DNA from: an uncultured delta proteobacterium
GTDB taxonomy: Bacteria; Myxococcota_A; Polyangia; Polyangiales; Polyangiaceae
Assembly: GCA_963716725.1 (NCBI GenBank)
Contig: CAVQUB010000008.1
Coordinates: 1-64,000 of the forward strand
Direction of reading: 5' to 3'
Length of the DNA stretch: 64,000 nt
Under the pieces are notes generated by a model. The model was given only the letters and a program-made list of their open reading frames with translations. It was not told the origin of the DNA and did no database searches. Shown piece by piece: positions 10,407 to 22,550 of this stretch. Both the position numbers and the translations under genes were made by a program. Position 1 is the stretch's first letter. Each line of letters begins with the position of its first letter.

Positions 10407-11954
10407 TCACCCTGCGTCGAGCAGGCGGGGTGGGGGCGGAGTCGGCAGTTTGTTCTGATCCGGCGCCTTTGCGTCCGGCGCGCCCGGAGTTGGGTCCTCG
10501 CTGACCTTGCCCCAGTCGCGATCCGTGAAGGCGTCGACCACGCTGGCGTCTCTCTTCTCGGCCTTGTCACCCGCGGGATCGGGTTTGTCGGACGGACCCG
10601 CGGCGCTGGCGTCGTCGCCTTGCGCCGTGGCGTCCTCGGTCGCTGTTCCGGCGTCCGCGGCGGGATGGTCCTCTTCCTTCTTCGGCGTCGTGGGTACCGA
10701 GTTCGTCGACGCGTTCGGCTCGGCCACCTCGCCGGCGTCCTGGCGGCCGGGTTCCCCGCTGGGTGAGGTCTGCCCGAGCAGGTCCGAGCCACCCATCACC
10801 AGGAATGCGGCCACCGCGCCCACCGCCACCGCCAGGCCGCCGACTCCGACCAAGAGCGCCGTCCGGTTCGAGCTCGGGGGCATGCTGGCTTGCGTGGTTC
10901 CGAACTGTTGAACGGTCAACGAGGGCTTTTTCGCGCTGACCGCCGGCTCGTCCTCGTCGTCGAGATCCTTCGGCGAGTCGACGATGGTCCTGGCCGTCCC
11001 GCTCGAGTCGTCGTCGCTGCCGCTGCGCACCACCACGCTCCGGGGCGGTTCCGTGAGTTCGTCGTCCACCAGCGTGGTCATGGTCTCACGGGCTTCGAGC
11101 CCGACCACATCGCGCAACCCGTCGGCCAGCTCCCGCGGGGTCTGGTAGCGCGAATCCGGCTCGCGGTGGCAGGCCTTGGCAAACCACTCGTCGAACTTTG
11201 GCGGCACCTCACCGAGCCGGCTGGGCACCGGCATCTCACGCACGCATATTTGCAAGACGAGATCACCGAGGCCATCGCTCTCGAAGGGGCGCTTTCCCGT
11301 CAAGCACTCGAAGGCGATCACGCCGAGCGCCCAGAGGTCGGAGCGCGAGTCGATGGTCTTGTTGCCCTGCGCCTGCTCCGGGCTCATGTAGAACGGAGTG
11401 CCGAGCAGCGAGCCGGTTCGGGTCCGCGTGCCTTTGGGACCGAGCTGGGCCTGGTCGACTTTTGCGACGCCAAAGTCGAGGACCTTCGCGATCTCCGCGT
11501 CATCGTTCTTCACGATGAACACGTTCTCGGGCTTGAGATCACGATGGATGACGCCGGCCTCGTGGGCGCGCGCCACTGCGCGAGCGACATGGGAGATGAC
11601 TCGAGCGGTGTCCAGCGGCGTCATCTTGCCGAGGCGCGAGATCCGGCGCTGGAGGGTCTCGCCTTCGAGCAGCTCCATGGCGATGTACGGGAACCCGTCG
11701 TCGATGCCGTAGTCGAGGATCTGAACGACGTGGGGGCTCCGGAGCGCCGCCGCCGACCGTGCCTCGCGGATGAAGCGGTCGTGGGCCTCTTCGTCCTTCG
11801 ACATGTCCCGGTCGAGGACCTTCACCGCGACGGGTGCACACAGCACCAGGTGCTCGGCGCGCCAGACGGTCCCCATGCCGCCTTCCCCGAGTTTCTCGTC
11901 GAGCCGGTATCGGCCGGCCAAAATGAGGCCGATCTCGGGGATCTTGGGTGCCAT
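10407..11954 (-). CDS. Membrane Ser/Thr protein kinase
   Basis: LGEGGMGTV, VAVK, HRDLKPEN, DFG, GTPFYMSPE; one TM; acidic Pro-rich tail. Confidence 0.95.
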   Translation of the reverse strand: MAPKIPEIGLILAGRYRLDEKLGEGGMGTVWRAEHLVLCAPVAVKVLDRDMSKDEEAHDRFIREARSAAALRSPHVVQILDYGIDDGFPYIAMELLEGETLQRRISRLGKMTPLDTARVISHVARAVARAHEAGVIHRDLKPENVFIVKNDDAEIAKVLDFGVAKVDQAQLGPKGTRTRTGSLLGTPFYMSPEQAQGNKTIDSRSDLWALGVIAFECLTGKRPFESDGLGDLVLQICVREMPVPSRLGEVPPKFDEWFAKACHREPDSRYQTPRELADGLRDVVGLEARETMTTLVDDELTEPPRSVVVRSGSDDDSSGTARTIVDSPKDLDDEDEPAVSAKKPSLTVQQFGTTQASMPPSSNRTALLVGVGGLAVAVGAVAAFLVMGGSDLLGQTSPSGEPGRQDAGEVAEPNASTNSVPTTPKKEEDHPAADAGTATEDATAQGDDASAAGPSDKPDPAGDKAEKRDASVVDAFTDRDWGKVSEDPTPGAPDAKAPDQNKLPTPPPPRLLDAG

Positions 11955-12067
11955 GCGCTGTCGACCCGCCACGATAGCGCTCGAAGCGCTGGAGGGCAGC
12001 CCTTTATGCCAAACTCGCCAGATATTCGACGGGTTCGAGCCGGATTAGCCGTCGCGCGTGGGGCTGT

Positions 12068-12982
12068 TCAGAAGCGCGTCGCGAGCTCGGCGATGGCCTC
12101 GGGCGTGGCCGCGTCTCGTCTGAGCAAGGGCAGCTCGAGTTGCTCGCCGCCCAAGGCGCGCAGCCGCTCCAGGCTCTGCGCCTGGATGCGTTCGCGGATG
12201 CTGCGGCGGATGCCGCAGGCAATGGCCTCATCGCCCGGCCGGCGCTTGTCGAGGTCGAGATCGGAGAGCAGCTGGGCGCGTTCGCCCTCGGCGAACATCT
12301 CCGCGATGACGCCATTGACGACCAGCTGAGCGATCGGGAGCGACAGCTCGTTTCGGAGGGCGTCGTAGAGCTCGACCGTCTCGTTGGTGGGCATGTCCTC
12401 GGGAAGCGTGACGACCACCACGCCGCTCTGGGTCGGATCCTGGAACATGGTCCATGCGCGCTCCGCGTCCCGCCGCAGGACGCCCGGAGGCACGACGTCG
12501 ACGATCACCTTGGGTACTCGCAACATGTCGAGCCCGTGGCCCGTCGCCGGTGCGTCGAAGATCACCACGTCGAAGCGCTGGCGTCCCTTCGAGGTCTCTT
12601 CGATGGAGTGGAACCAGGCCTTGCCGAGCACTGCCCACTCTTGCAGTCCGGGGACCCCGGCAAAGAATTGGCGAACGTATTTGTTGTCGAAGACCGCGCC
12701 GAACACGACCTCGCTCTTGAGCACCATGCCGCCGTACTCGCGCAGGGCCACCTGCGGGACGAGCTTCACGGCGAAGAGCCGCTCGCGGACCTCCCGGACC
12801 TGCTCGCCTAGCGCATCACAGCCCAGGAGCAGGCTGATCCGCTCCTTGGCGTCGAAGGAGGTGACGAGCACACGCTTCCCCCGCTGGGACATGGCGACGG
12901 CCATGGCGGCTGTCACTGTCGACTTGCCGACACCCCCCTTGCCGGTGACGAACAGGAAGCGACGCTGGTCGAGGGGCGTCAT
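12068..12982 (-). CDS. ArsA/GET3-like ATPase (single domain)
   Basis: FVTGKGGVGKST deviant Walker A, FDAPATGH, TLPEDMPTNET. Confidence 0.85.
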   Translation of the reverse strand: MTPLDQRRFLFVTGKGGVGKSTVTAAMAVAMSQRGKRVLVTSFDAKERISLLLGCDALGEQVREVRERLFAVKLVPQVALREYGGMVLKSEVVFGAVFDNKYVRQFFAGVPGLQEWAVLGKAWFHSIEETSKGRQRFDVVIFDAPATGHGLDMLRVPKVIVDVVPPGVLRRDAERAWTMFQDPTQSGVVVVTLPEDMPTNETVELYDALRNELSLPIAQLVVNGVIAEMFAEGERAQLLSDLDLDKRRPGDEAIACGIRRSIRERIQAQSLERLRALGGEQLELPLLRRDAATPEAIAELATRF

Positions 12983-13012
12983 CTGCGCTAACTCGGGGCG
13001 AGCCCCCATACC

Positions 13013-13642
13013 ATGCTTCACCACGGACCCAGCCCCGTTTCGGCACTCTGTTTCGGCGCCCTCCTGCTCGGAGCGTGCACGCCTGCCCCCAGCGCCAATC
13101 CATCGGCGTCGGCGAGCCCGAGCGGCGCCGCTGCTCCGACCGGCTCTGCCCCGTCGGCCGGCGGCGCGGCGTCCGCTGCGCCCATCGTGTATCCGGTCGC
13201 GAGCGGCCCCCGGCTTGCGGTCGTCGCGGGGCAGGGCGTGGGCGCCATCCGACTGGGTGCATCGTTGGCCACCGTCGAGCGGCTGATGGAACTCCCCTGC
13301 GACGAAAAGACACCCACGCTCTGCCGGTACCACGCGCGCGCGGTCGAGTTCCAATTCGACGGGGAGGGAAAGCTGAAGCGCATCGTCGCGCACCGACAGG
13401 CCCGCAGAGCCGGCGACAAGACGTACGGGCTGTTCAACGGCGCCATTCCGCCGGACTTGATGTTTGGAATGATCCCGGCGGCCATCCAGCAACACTTAGG
13501 GCCACCCGAGCGCGTCGTCGAAGGCCACGAAGGCGCCGCGCCCGAGGCGTTTCAGCAGCACGTCTACAAGGGCATGGTGCTCGAATACGACAAGCTTGCG
13601 ACCGGGCGCACCGTGCTCGGCGGAATCCGCATTCCGGACTGA
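13013..13642 (+). CDS. Hypothetical lipoprotein
   Basis: Lipobox LLGAC, Ala/Pro/Ser linker, GQGVGAIRLGAS globular domain. Confidence 0.65.
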   Translation: MLHHGPSPVSALCFGALLLGACTPAPSANPSASASPSGAAAPTGSAPSAGGAASAAPIVYPVASGPRLAVVAGQGVGAIRLGASLATVERLMELPCDEKTPTLCRYHARAVEFQFDGEGKLKRIVAHRQARRAGDKTYGLFNGAIPPDLMFGMIPAAIQQHLGPPERVVEGHEGAAPEAFQQHVYKGMVLEYDKLATGRTVLGGIRIPD

Positions 13643-13659
13643 AGCGCGCTTCGACCGGC

Positions 13660-14178
13660 TTACTGCTGCCGCACGCGCCGTCGCTCCGCGACCATGTGCT
13701 GGGTGATGGTGCGCTGAGCGTCGGCGGGCTCCACCAGAGTCCACACGTCGTGCTCCGTTCGAGTCGCCGCTTGTTCGAGCAAGATGTCCGCCGCGCGCTC
13801 CGGTGGGATGGCGCCGAAGTGCCGGCCGGGCAGCTCCACGACCGCGGACCGGACCCGCAGGCCCTCGAGGGTCGTGAGCATGGCCTCGACCACGCGGCGA
13901 AAGGTCTTCTCGCCGAAGGCCGCCCGGGGGCCGCAGCCGAAGAATACGACCTTGTCGAAGGGCAGCTTGGGCTTGCCCGGGATCAGCAGCACCTCACCGA
14001 GGGCGCCGGTCGCGAACCCGCTGATCAGGAGCTGAGAGACGCGGCCGGCGAGGCGCCAGTCCACCAGCCCCGCGACCCCGTGCGGGGGGCGGTCGTCCTC
14101 GGCGAGGGGAGCGAGCAGCACTTCGGTGGCCGCGAGATCGAGGCGCCGCAGGTCGCGAGAGACGAAGCGCAGGTCCAT
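13660..14178 (-). CDS. Stand-alone leucyl aminopeptidase N-terminal (M17_N-like) domain protein
   Basis: EDDRPPHGVAGLVDWRLAGRVSQL, KLPFDKVVFFGCG; no catalytic domain. Confidence 0.7.
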   Translation of the reverse strand: MDLRFVSRDLRRLDLAATEVLLAPLAEDDRPPHGVAGLVDWRLAGRVSQLLISGFATGALGEVLLIPGKPKLPFDKVVFFGCGPRAAFGEKTFRRVVEAMLTTLEGLRVRSAVVELPGRHFGAIPPERAADILLEQAATRTEHDVWTLVEPADAQRTITQHMVAERRRVRQQ

Positions 14179-14187
14179 GACTGCGGC

Positions 14188-14616
14188 TCAGAGATCGGAA
14201 TCGGCGTCCTTGCGACCGATGTCGTTGGCGATGCGCTCGAGGATGCCGTTGACGAAGGCGCCGCTGTCTTCCGCTCCGTAGCGTTTTGCCAGCTCCACGG
14301 CCTCGTCGATGATCACGGCCCGCGGAGTCTCGGCGTGGCTGCGGAGTTCCCAGGCTCCAATGCGCAGCAAGTTGCGATCGACGCGGGTCATGCGCTCGAT
14401 GCGCCAGTTGGTGCTGGCCGCTCGGATCAGCGTGTCCGCCGCCTCCTGGTCCGCGCACACGCCGCGCACGATTTCGTTGGCGTAGTCCCGTCCCTCGGCG
14501 TCGCCGGGCATCTCGCGCCAGTAGTCGTAGATGGCCTGATCGGCGGCGTTACCGCTGGCCTCGATGCCAAAGAGCAGCTGCAGCGCCGCTTCGCGAGCTC
14601 CACTTCGGGCGCCCAT
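14188..14616 (-). CDS. nusB: Transcription antitermination factor NusB
   Basis: RSGAREAALQLLF, NWRIERM, IIDEAVELAKRYG, FVNGIL; follows ribH. Confidence 0.95.
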   Translation of the reverse strand: MGARSGAREAALQLLFGIEASGNAADQAIYDYWREMPGDAEGRDYANEIVRGVCADQEAADTLIRAASTNWRIERMTRVDRNLLRIGAWELRSHAETPRAVIIDEAVELAKRYGAEDSGAFVNGILERIANDIGRKDADSDL

Positions 14617-14621
14617 GGCGA

Positions 14622-15113
14622 TCAGAGCCCGGCGTCGCTGAGGGCCTTGCCGAGGCTCACCAGCTCGATGGCGGCCGCTGCGGCGTCGAAGCCCTTGTTG
14701 CCCATCTTGCTGCCCGCGCGCTCAATGGCCTGCTCGATGCTGTCGGTGGTCAGCACGCCGAACACCACCGGCACGCCCGTCGAGGCCGACGCCATCGCGA
14801 CGCCCTTCGCGGCCTCCGACGCCACGTAGTCGAAATGCGGTGTGCCGCCGCGAATCACCGCGCCGAGCGCGATCACGGCGTCGAGCTTCCCGCTCTTGGC
14901 AAGACGAGCGCAGACCAGGGGGAGCTCCCAGCTGCCCGGCACGCGCACCAGCGTGATGCGGTCGTTCGAGACGCCGTGGCGGGCAAACGCGTCGAGCGCG
15001 CCGGCCACCAGGCGGTCCACGATGAAGTCGTTGAAGCGCGAGGCGACGATGCCGAAGCGCGCCTTGCCCGGCGCGACCAGCGTGCCTTCGATGAACTTGG
15101 GTGTGTCGGACAT
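14622..15113 (-). CDS. ribH: 6,7-dimethyl-8-ribityllumazine synthase
   Basis: [33 protein letters not shown]. Confidence 0.97.
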   Translation of the reverse strand: MSDTPKFIEGTLVAPGKARFGIVASRFNDFIVDRLVAGALDAFARHGVSNDRITLVRVPGSWELPLVCARLAKSGKLDAVIALGAVIRGGTPHFDYVASEAAKGVAMASASTGVPVVFGVLTTDSIEQAIERAGSKMGNKGFDAAAAAIELVSLGKALSDAGL

Positions 15114-15120
15114 GACGGAC

Positions 15121-16335
15121 CTACGATACCTGGCTCGAACGGTTCTTCACCAGCGGAACGCTCTCCACGACCTCGAGGCCGTAGCCGTGGATGCCGGCGA
15201 TCTTGCGCGGATTGTTGGTCAATAGCCGGATCTGGTGCACCGAAAGCTCCCGCAGCACTTGGGCGCCCAGGCCGTATTCGCGCAGCGTTCCACCGTGCGG
15301 GCGAGCGTCCAGGGGCGCCGGCGACGCCAGCGGCGAACTCTTGGTGCGCCGCGTGATCTCGACCAGCTCGGCGCGCAAATCACCGTGGGGCGGCAGGTAG
15401 ACGATGACGCCGCGGCCTTCGGCTTCGATGGCGTCCACCGCTTCGAAGAGGTTGCGGCCGCCCTCACTCGCGGGCGAAGCGAAGACGTCGCCGAGCGTCG
15501 ACCCCGAGTGCATGCGGCACAAAACCGGCCCCGGTGCGCCGAGGTCGCCTTTGACCAGCGCCATCAGCTGCCGACCGTCCACCGTCGATTCGTAGACGAT
15601 GGAACACCAGGCCGCGTTGGTGCGGTCGAGGATGATCTCGGCTTCTTCGAGCCGCTCGACCAGGTGCTCCGCTTGCAGGCGATAGCGGATCAAGTCGGCG
15701 ATGGTCAGGATCAGGAGCCCGTGCTTCCGGGCGAAGATCTCCAAGTCCGGCATGCGCGCCATGGTGCCGTCGTCGTTCATGATCTCGCAGATCACTCCGG
15801 CGGGCGCGAGCCCGGTCAGGCGCGCGAGATCGACGGAGCCCTCGGTCTGGCCGGCCCGCACCAAGACGCCGCCGCGCCGGGCGCGGAGCGGAAAGACGTG
15901 ACCCGGCGTGACCAGATCGTCCGGCTTGGCCTCGGGCGAGATGGCCACCTGGATGGTGCGCGCGCGATCTGCGGCGCTGATGCCCGTCGTCACCCCTTCC
16001 CGCGCTTCGACGCTGACGGTGAAGGCGGTGCCGAGCGGCGGCCCCGGTCGGCCTTTGGGCGGCTGCATCATCGGCAACTCGAGGCGCTCGACCTGGCCTT
16101 CGGTCAGCGTCAGGCAGATCAAGCCGCGCCCGTGCATGGCCATGAAGTTGATGGCCTCGGGCGTGACACGCTCGGCGGCCATGGTCAGGTCGCCCTCGTT
16201 CTCGCGATCTTCGTCATCGACCAGGATCACCATCTTGCCGTCGCGGATGGCGTCGAGCGCGCGGCGCACGCGCTCGAGCGGTTCGGGCTCGATGTCCAGT
16301 GCGCGGGGCGGAATGCTGGGGATTCGATGGGGCAT
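15121..16335 (-). CDS. ribB: DHBP synthase fused to a degenerate GTP cyclohydrolase II domain (RibBX-type)
   Basis: [38 protein letters not shown]-terminal [17 protein letters not shown] but no Zn-binding Cys. Confidence 0.9.
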   Translation of the reverse strand: MPHRIPSIPPRALDIEPEPLERVRRALDAIRDGKMVILVDDEDRENEGDLTMAAERVTPEAINFMAMHGRGLICLTLTEGQVERLELPMMQPPKGRPGPPLGTAFTVSVEAREGVTTGISAADRARTIQVAISPEAKPDDLVTPGHVFPLRARRGGVLVRAGQTEGSVDLARLTGLAPAGVICEIMNDDGTMARMPDLEIFARKHGLLILTIADLIRYRLQAEHLVERLEEAEIILDRTNAAWCSIVYESTVDGRQLMALVKGDLGAPGPVLCRMHSGSTLGDVFASPASEGGRNLFEAVDAIEAEGRGVIVYLPPHGDLRAELVEITRRTKSSPLASPAPLDARPHGGTLREYGLGAQVLRELSVHQIRLLTNNPRKIAGIHGYGLEVVESVPLVKNRSSQVS

Positions 16336-16344
16336 GGGACGAAA

Positions 16345-16989
16345 TCAGGAACCGAGGAAACCCGAACGCTCCAGGACTTCGCGCAGGCGCGTGTCGGGAT
16401 CGCCGCTCGACGCTTCGAGGTAACGCAGCACGTAGCGCGCGACCAGATCGACTTCCATGTTGAGCTCGGTCCCAGCGGACAGTCGACCGAGGTTGGTCAC
16501 CTCGCGCGTGTGGGGGATCAACATCACGTCGAAGCCTTCGCTGCTGACCGAGTTGACCGTGAGCGAGGTTCCGTCGAGCGTCACCGAGCCCTTGGACGCC
16601 ACGTAGCGAGAGAGCTCGGCGGGAGCTTCGACCACCACGCGCCAAGCGTCGCCCACGGTCTCGACCGAGCGCACGACAGCGACGGCGTCCACGTGCCCAG
16701 TCACCAGATGACCGCCCAGGCGATCACCCACGCAGAGCGATCGCTCGAGGTTCAGGCGAGCGCCGAGGGCCAGGCGGCCGAGCGTGGTCTTGTCGGCGGT
16801 CTCCTGCGACACGTCGGCCTCGAAGCCGCGGTCGTCGTGGGCGATGACCGTGAGGCACGCGCCGCTGACCGCCACCGACTCCCCGAGCTCGAGGGGGCCC
16901 ATCGAGCAAGCGACGCCGAGCCGGAATCCTGGCCCGCGCCGCTCTCTCGAGCGAAGCTCGCCCGTGGTCTCGACCAGGCCGGTGAACAT
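16345..16989 (-). CDS. ribE: Riboflavin synthase
   Basis: MFTGLVE start, GACLTV, NLERSL, GGHLVTGHVD, KGSVTLDGTSLTVN. Confidence 0.97.
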   Translation of the reverse strand: MFTGLVETTGELRSRERRGPGFRLGVACSMGPLELGESVAVSGACLTVIAHDDRGFEADVSQETADKTTLGRLALGARLNLERSLCVGDRLGGHLVTGHVDAVAVVRSVETVGDAWRVVVEAPAELSRYVASKGSVTLDGTSLTVNSVSSEGFDVMLIPHTREVTNLGRLSAGTELNMEVDLVARYVLRYLEASSGDPDTRLREVLERSGFLGS

Positions 16990-17064
16990 GGCGGCCCGTC
17001 CATAGCACCAAGCCCTGGCCTCCACGCCGAAATCCGAGCCGGCCACGCTGGTCTATAGTGGGGC

Positions 17065-17625
17065 ATGGCCCGTCGCGCCTGGCTCCTCGCTGTTGCCGCG
17101 GTCGCTTGTGGTCCGAGCGTCAGCGTCATCTACGAAGCGAACATCCGCTTCGAGCACTGCTACCGGCTCGATTTGGACCCCAAGGTCGTGCCAGGCCACC
17201 GGACCACGTGTTGGAAGGAGTGGAGCCGGCGCTACACGTATGGCCAGACCCGCGATCGACTCGAGTACGCGCGGCGTCGCATCGCGGCCCTCGACTCCGG
17301 CGACGTGGCACGCCCCGAGCTCGATCTCTCCCGCGCCGACGCTGGCGCCGGCTCGAGTGAGGATCAGGCGCCCACCAACGTTCACGCACCACCGCCGCGC
17401 ACGTTGGCAAAAGTCGCTGTCGACGCCGGCGCTGCCGACGCTGAGCACGTGGCCGCGCCCGACGCGGCGCCTCGGGAGCCGCCCGGTGCCGCGTGCGCCA
17501 ACGGCTGCCGCAGCTCCTGGAACGCTTGCAAAGACGATTGCAACCCCGACGCCGGAAGCAGGCGCGGAAGCTGCAAAGCCTGCGACGCGGACTACAGCAG
17601 GTGCGTTCAGCGTTGTTACCGATGA
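17065..17625 (+). CDS. Cys-rich hypothetical lipoprotein
   Basis: Lipobox AVAC; C-terminal CxxxC repeats. Confidence 0.65.
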   Translation: MARRAWLLAVAAVACGPSVSVIYEANIRFEHCYRLDLDPKVVPGHRTTCWKEWSRRYTYGQTRDRLEYARRRIAALDSGDVARPELDLSRADAGAGSSEDQAPTNVHAPPPRTLAKVAVDAGAADAEHVAAPDAAPREPPGAACANGCRSSWNACKDDCNPDAGSRRGSCKACDADYSRCVQRCYR

Positions 17626-17689
17626 ACTCCAATTAGTTGACGCGGAACGGCCAGCAGCGCTAGGCAGCTTCGAGATCGATCAGGCCACG

Positions 17690-18904
17690 ATGACGGTGCA
17701 GCATCCCTTGCTCGAACCCGGCGTGAACGCCCTAGCCACCCCACTTCCTCGCGTCCTGCGCCCCCAACGTGCGGTGCCTTCAGACGCGCTCAGGCCGACC
17801 CGCGCGGAGATCAACCTGGCCAATCTGCGCCACAACCTGCGCGTCTTGCAGCGGGTGGCGGGCGGCGCGGAGGTCTGGGGGGTGCTCAAGGCCGACGGCT
17901 ACGGCCATGGAGCCAAGGCTGTTGCGCGCACCCTCGAGCGCGCAGGTGCCAAGGGGCTCTGCGTCGCGCTCTTGGAAGAGGGCATCGAGCTGCGCGAAGC
18001 GGGCATCCGCGTGCCTATTCTGGTCATGGGCGGCTACTACGCCCGCGCCTGGGGCGAACTCTTGCGCCACCAACTGACGCCGGTCGTCTTCGAGCCGGGG
18101 CACATCGAAGAGCTCGCCGACGAGGTCCGCTATTCGTCCAGCGAGCCCATCGCCGTGCACGTGAAGATCGACACCGGCATGGGACGCCTGGGCGTCATGC
18201 CGAAGGACGTCAGTCGGCTGGGAACCTCCCTCCTGCGACACCCCGAGGTGCGCCTGCAGGGGCTGATGACTCACTTCGCCTGCGCCGACACCGGCGAGGG
18301 CATCGACGAACAGCTCGATCGCTTCGACGCAGCGGCCGCCAGCCTGCGTGGGCTGGGACTGGCCGCGGAGCTGCGGCACGCCGCCAACAGCGCTGCGGCC
18401 TTGGCGAGCCAGCGGGCCCGCTTCGAGCTGATCCGTCCGGGCATCGCGCTCTTCGGCGTCGCACCGAGCAAGGGGCTCTCGACGGAGCTCCGGCCGGTGA
18501 TGCGGGTACGGAGCGAAATCACCTCGGTGCGCGAGCTCGCCCCGGGCATGAGCGCGGGCTACGGCGGCACCTGGCGCGCCTCTCGCCCGAGCCGCATCGC
18601 CACCGTACCCATGGGCTACGCCGACGGTCTGTCGCGCGGACTGTCCAACGGGGGCTCGGTCTTGGTGCGCGGAAAGCGGGCGCCCATCGCCGGTGTCGTC
18701 AGCATGGACATGACCATGATTGACGTGACCGAGATCGAGGGCGCGTGCATCGGCGACGAGGCCGTGCTGCTCGGAGCCCAGAAGGGGCCCCAGGGCGAGG
18801 ACAGCATCGGCGCCGACGAAATCGCGGACAAGCTCGGCACCATCCCCTGGGAGGTGTTGACCAACGTGTCGCGTCGAGTCCCGCGCTTTTACCGCGAGCC
18901 CTGA
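17690..18904 (+). CDS. alr: Alanine racemase
   Basis: VLKADGYGHG PLP Lys, HVKIDTGMGRLG, HAANSAA, GYADG. Confidence 0.97.
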   Translation: MTVQHPLLEPGVNALATPLPRVLRPQRAVPSDALRPTRAEINLANLRHNLRVLQRVAGGAEVWGVLKADGYGHGAKAVARTLERAGAKGLCVALLEEGIELREAGIRVPILVMGGYYARAWGELLRHQLTPVVFEPGHIEELADEVRYSSSEPIAVHVKIDTGMGRLGVMPKDVSRLGTSLLRHPEVRLQGLMTHFACADTGEGIDEQLDRFDAAAASLRGLGLAAELRHAANSAAALASQRARFELIRPGIALFGVAPSKGLSTELRPVMRVRSEITSVRELAPGMSAGYGGTWRASRPSRIATVPMGYADGLSRGLSNGGSVLVRGKRAPIAGVVSMDMTMIDVTEIEGACIGDEAVLLGAQKGPQGEDSIGADEIADKLGTIPWEVLTNVSRRVPRFYREP

Positions 18905-18908
18905 GCGG

Positions 18909-19622
18909 TCAGCCAGCCACTGTCAGCAGGCGGGCCTCGTCGAGCCCTGCGGCCACCGGCGCAAGCCGGACATCGGCGCGGATCGCCTCGATCAACCCGG
19001 TCATTGCGGCGAGGTAGGCGTTGGGTTCGAGCTCGCCGCGCAGGAGCTGGACCCGCAGGAAGACGCCGGCGGTTTGGGCCACGTCGCACAGGCAGTAATC
19101 GCGGACCTCCTTGATGCGGCCCGCGTGCACCAACGGGCCCACGTCCTTGCCGTCGACGCCGACCTTGCCCGGCATGCCGCAGAGCTTGGCCACGATGTCG
19201 AGCTTGGCGCTCTTGGCTGCGCCAAAGTCTGCGATGAAGTCCATCACGTCGAGGTGGCCTTCGGGTGAGAAGCGATAGCGCACGTCACGCGCACGGTAGT
19301 AGTGACGCAAGGGGACCCCGTGACGCAGGCAGCGCGCGGCGATCACCGGCAGGTCGAAGCCACGACCGTTGAAGGTGACCATGTCGGGCCGCCGTTCCTC
19401 GAGGAACTTGGCGAACTCCACCAGCATCGCCGTTTCGTCTTTGCCCTCGCCGACGACCCCGATGCGCTTGACGGCGTAGTCGGCGTCGAAGAGCAGCGCT
19501 CCGATCACGACGATTTTGTGGTGGGGCGGCGCGGGCAGGCGCTCGGCCTCGGCGGACTCGGCGATGGGGAGCTCGGCGTCGAGCACCGTCTCGATGTCGA
19601 GCACCAGGAAGGACTTGGCCAC
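18909..19622 (-). CDS. PolB-like 3'-5' exonuclease (DEDD)
   Basis: VLDIETV, TFNGRGFDLPV, HLDVMD, YCLCDV. Confidence 0.85.
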   Translation of the reverse strand: MAKSFLVLDIETVLDAELPIAESAEAERLPAPPHHKIVVIGALLFDADYAVKRIGVVGEGKDETAMLVEFAKFLEERRPDMVTFNGRGFDLPVIAARCLRHGVPLRHYYRARDVRYRFSPEGHLDVMDFIADFGAAKSAKLDIVAKLCGMPGKVGVDGKDVGPLVHAGRIKEVRDYCLCDVAQTAGVFLRVQLLRGELEPNAYLAAMTGLIEAIRADVRLAPVAAGLDEARLLTVAG

Positions 19623-19846
19623 GCCCGAGCATCGGGGGGTCCGCTCGGGGGGGTCAACCACACGGAATGAGAAGAATAACCGGCGATGGAAAAACCGGAC
19701 TGTTTCCGAGTAGTTGACACGCCATCGAGCACGTGGTCACGTGGCCATCATGATTTTCCGCTCCCAGGCTTTGAGTCGCTCGGTAGCGACCAGCCAGCGG
19801 AGCCTTCTCCTTCCTGGGGCGGGCTGGCTTTGCCACCGCCGACCGC

Positions 19847-21973
<2,127 letters not shown>

Positions 21974-21975
21974 CC

Positions 21976-22306
21976 ATGTCGAGTGACCGTCGCGACGAGC
22001 GCGTGACGATCAACAAGGAGTTCGAGTCCTTCGACCCGTTCATCCAGGAGTACGTGACGAACATCTCGCGCACGCGGCGTCTTCATCCGCACCGACCAAC
22101 CCGCTGCCGGTCGGCACCGAGGTGAACCTGCGCTTCACCGTGATCATGGACGACATCGAGACGCATCGAAGGCCTCGGCCGAGGTGGTTCGGGTCGATAC
22201 CAACCCGCCAGGCATGGGCGTGGTGTTCCTCGAGCTCAGCAAGTACTCGGCCCAGCTCCTCGAAAAGCTGCTGATTCAAGCGCCGTTGACCCAGCCGGTG
22301 CCCTGA
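21976..22306 (+). CDS. PilZ domain protein, frameshifted (about 4 insertions)
   Basis: Manual stitching: MSSDRRDERVTINKEF…NISRTGVFIRTDQPLPVGTEVNLRF…GEVVRV…PPGMGVVF. Confidence 0.8.
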
Positions 22307-22370
22307 GCACCCGTGCAGCGGTCCCACGGGGCTCGACAAATCCCGCGACCTGCATAGACTCCGGCGCCCT

Positions 22371-22481
22371 ATGTTCCTCTTCAAGCTCGGGACGCCCAAG
22401 CGCGACCGCAAGCGCTCCGCCAAGCACAAGGCCAAGCTCAAGAACAAGAACAAGCGCCGCCACAACCACGTGCGCGCTTGA
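22371..22481 (+). CDS. 36-aa highly basic small protein
   Basis: MFLFKLGTPKRDRKRSAKHKAKLKNKNKRRHNHVRA*; almost all codons end in G/C. Confidence 0.65.
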   Translation: MFLFKLGTPKRDRKRSAKHKAKLKNKNKRRHNHVRA

Positions 22482-22550
22482 TCGACCGTTCTCGCTCTGG
22501 CTGAAGCCCCCGCGCCTCCCACCGACGCAGGGCGGAGTTGCGCCCGCGAT

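Noticed and set aside
12068..12982. Arsenic resistance operon
   Set aside because: No arsB, acr3, arsC or arsD nearby, and the ArsR gene is 40 kb away beside an RND pump
16990..17064. FMN riboswitch upstream of the rib operon
   Set aside because: Only 75 bp to the divergent gene and no RFN consensus
19714..19745. Sigma-70 promoter for rne at TTGACA
   Set aside because: No convincing -10 element at 16-18 bp spacing
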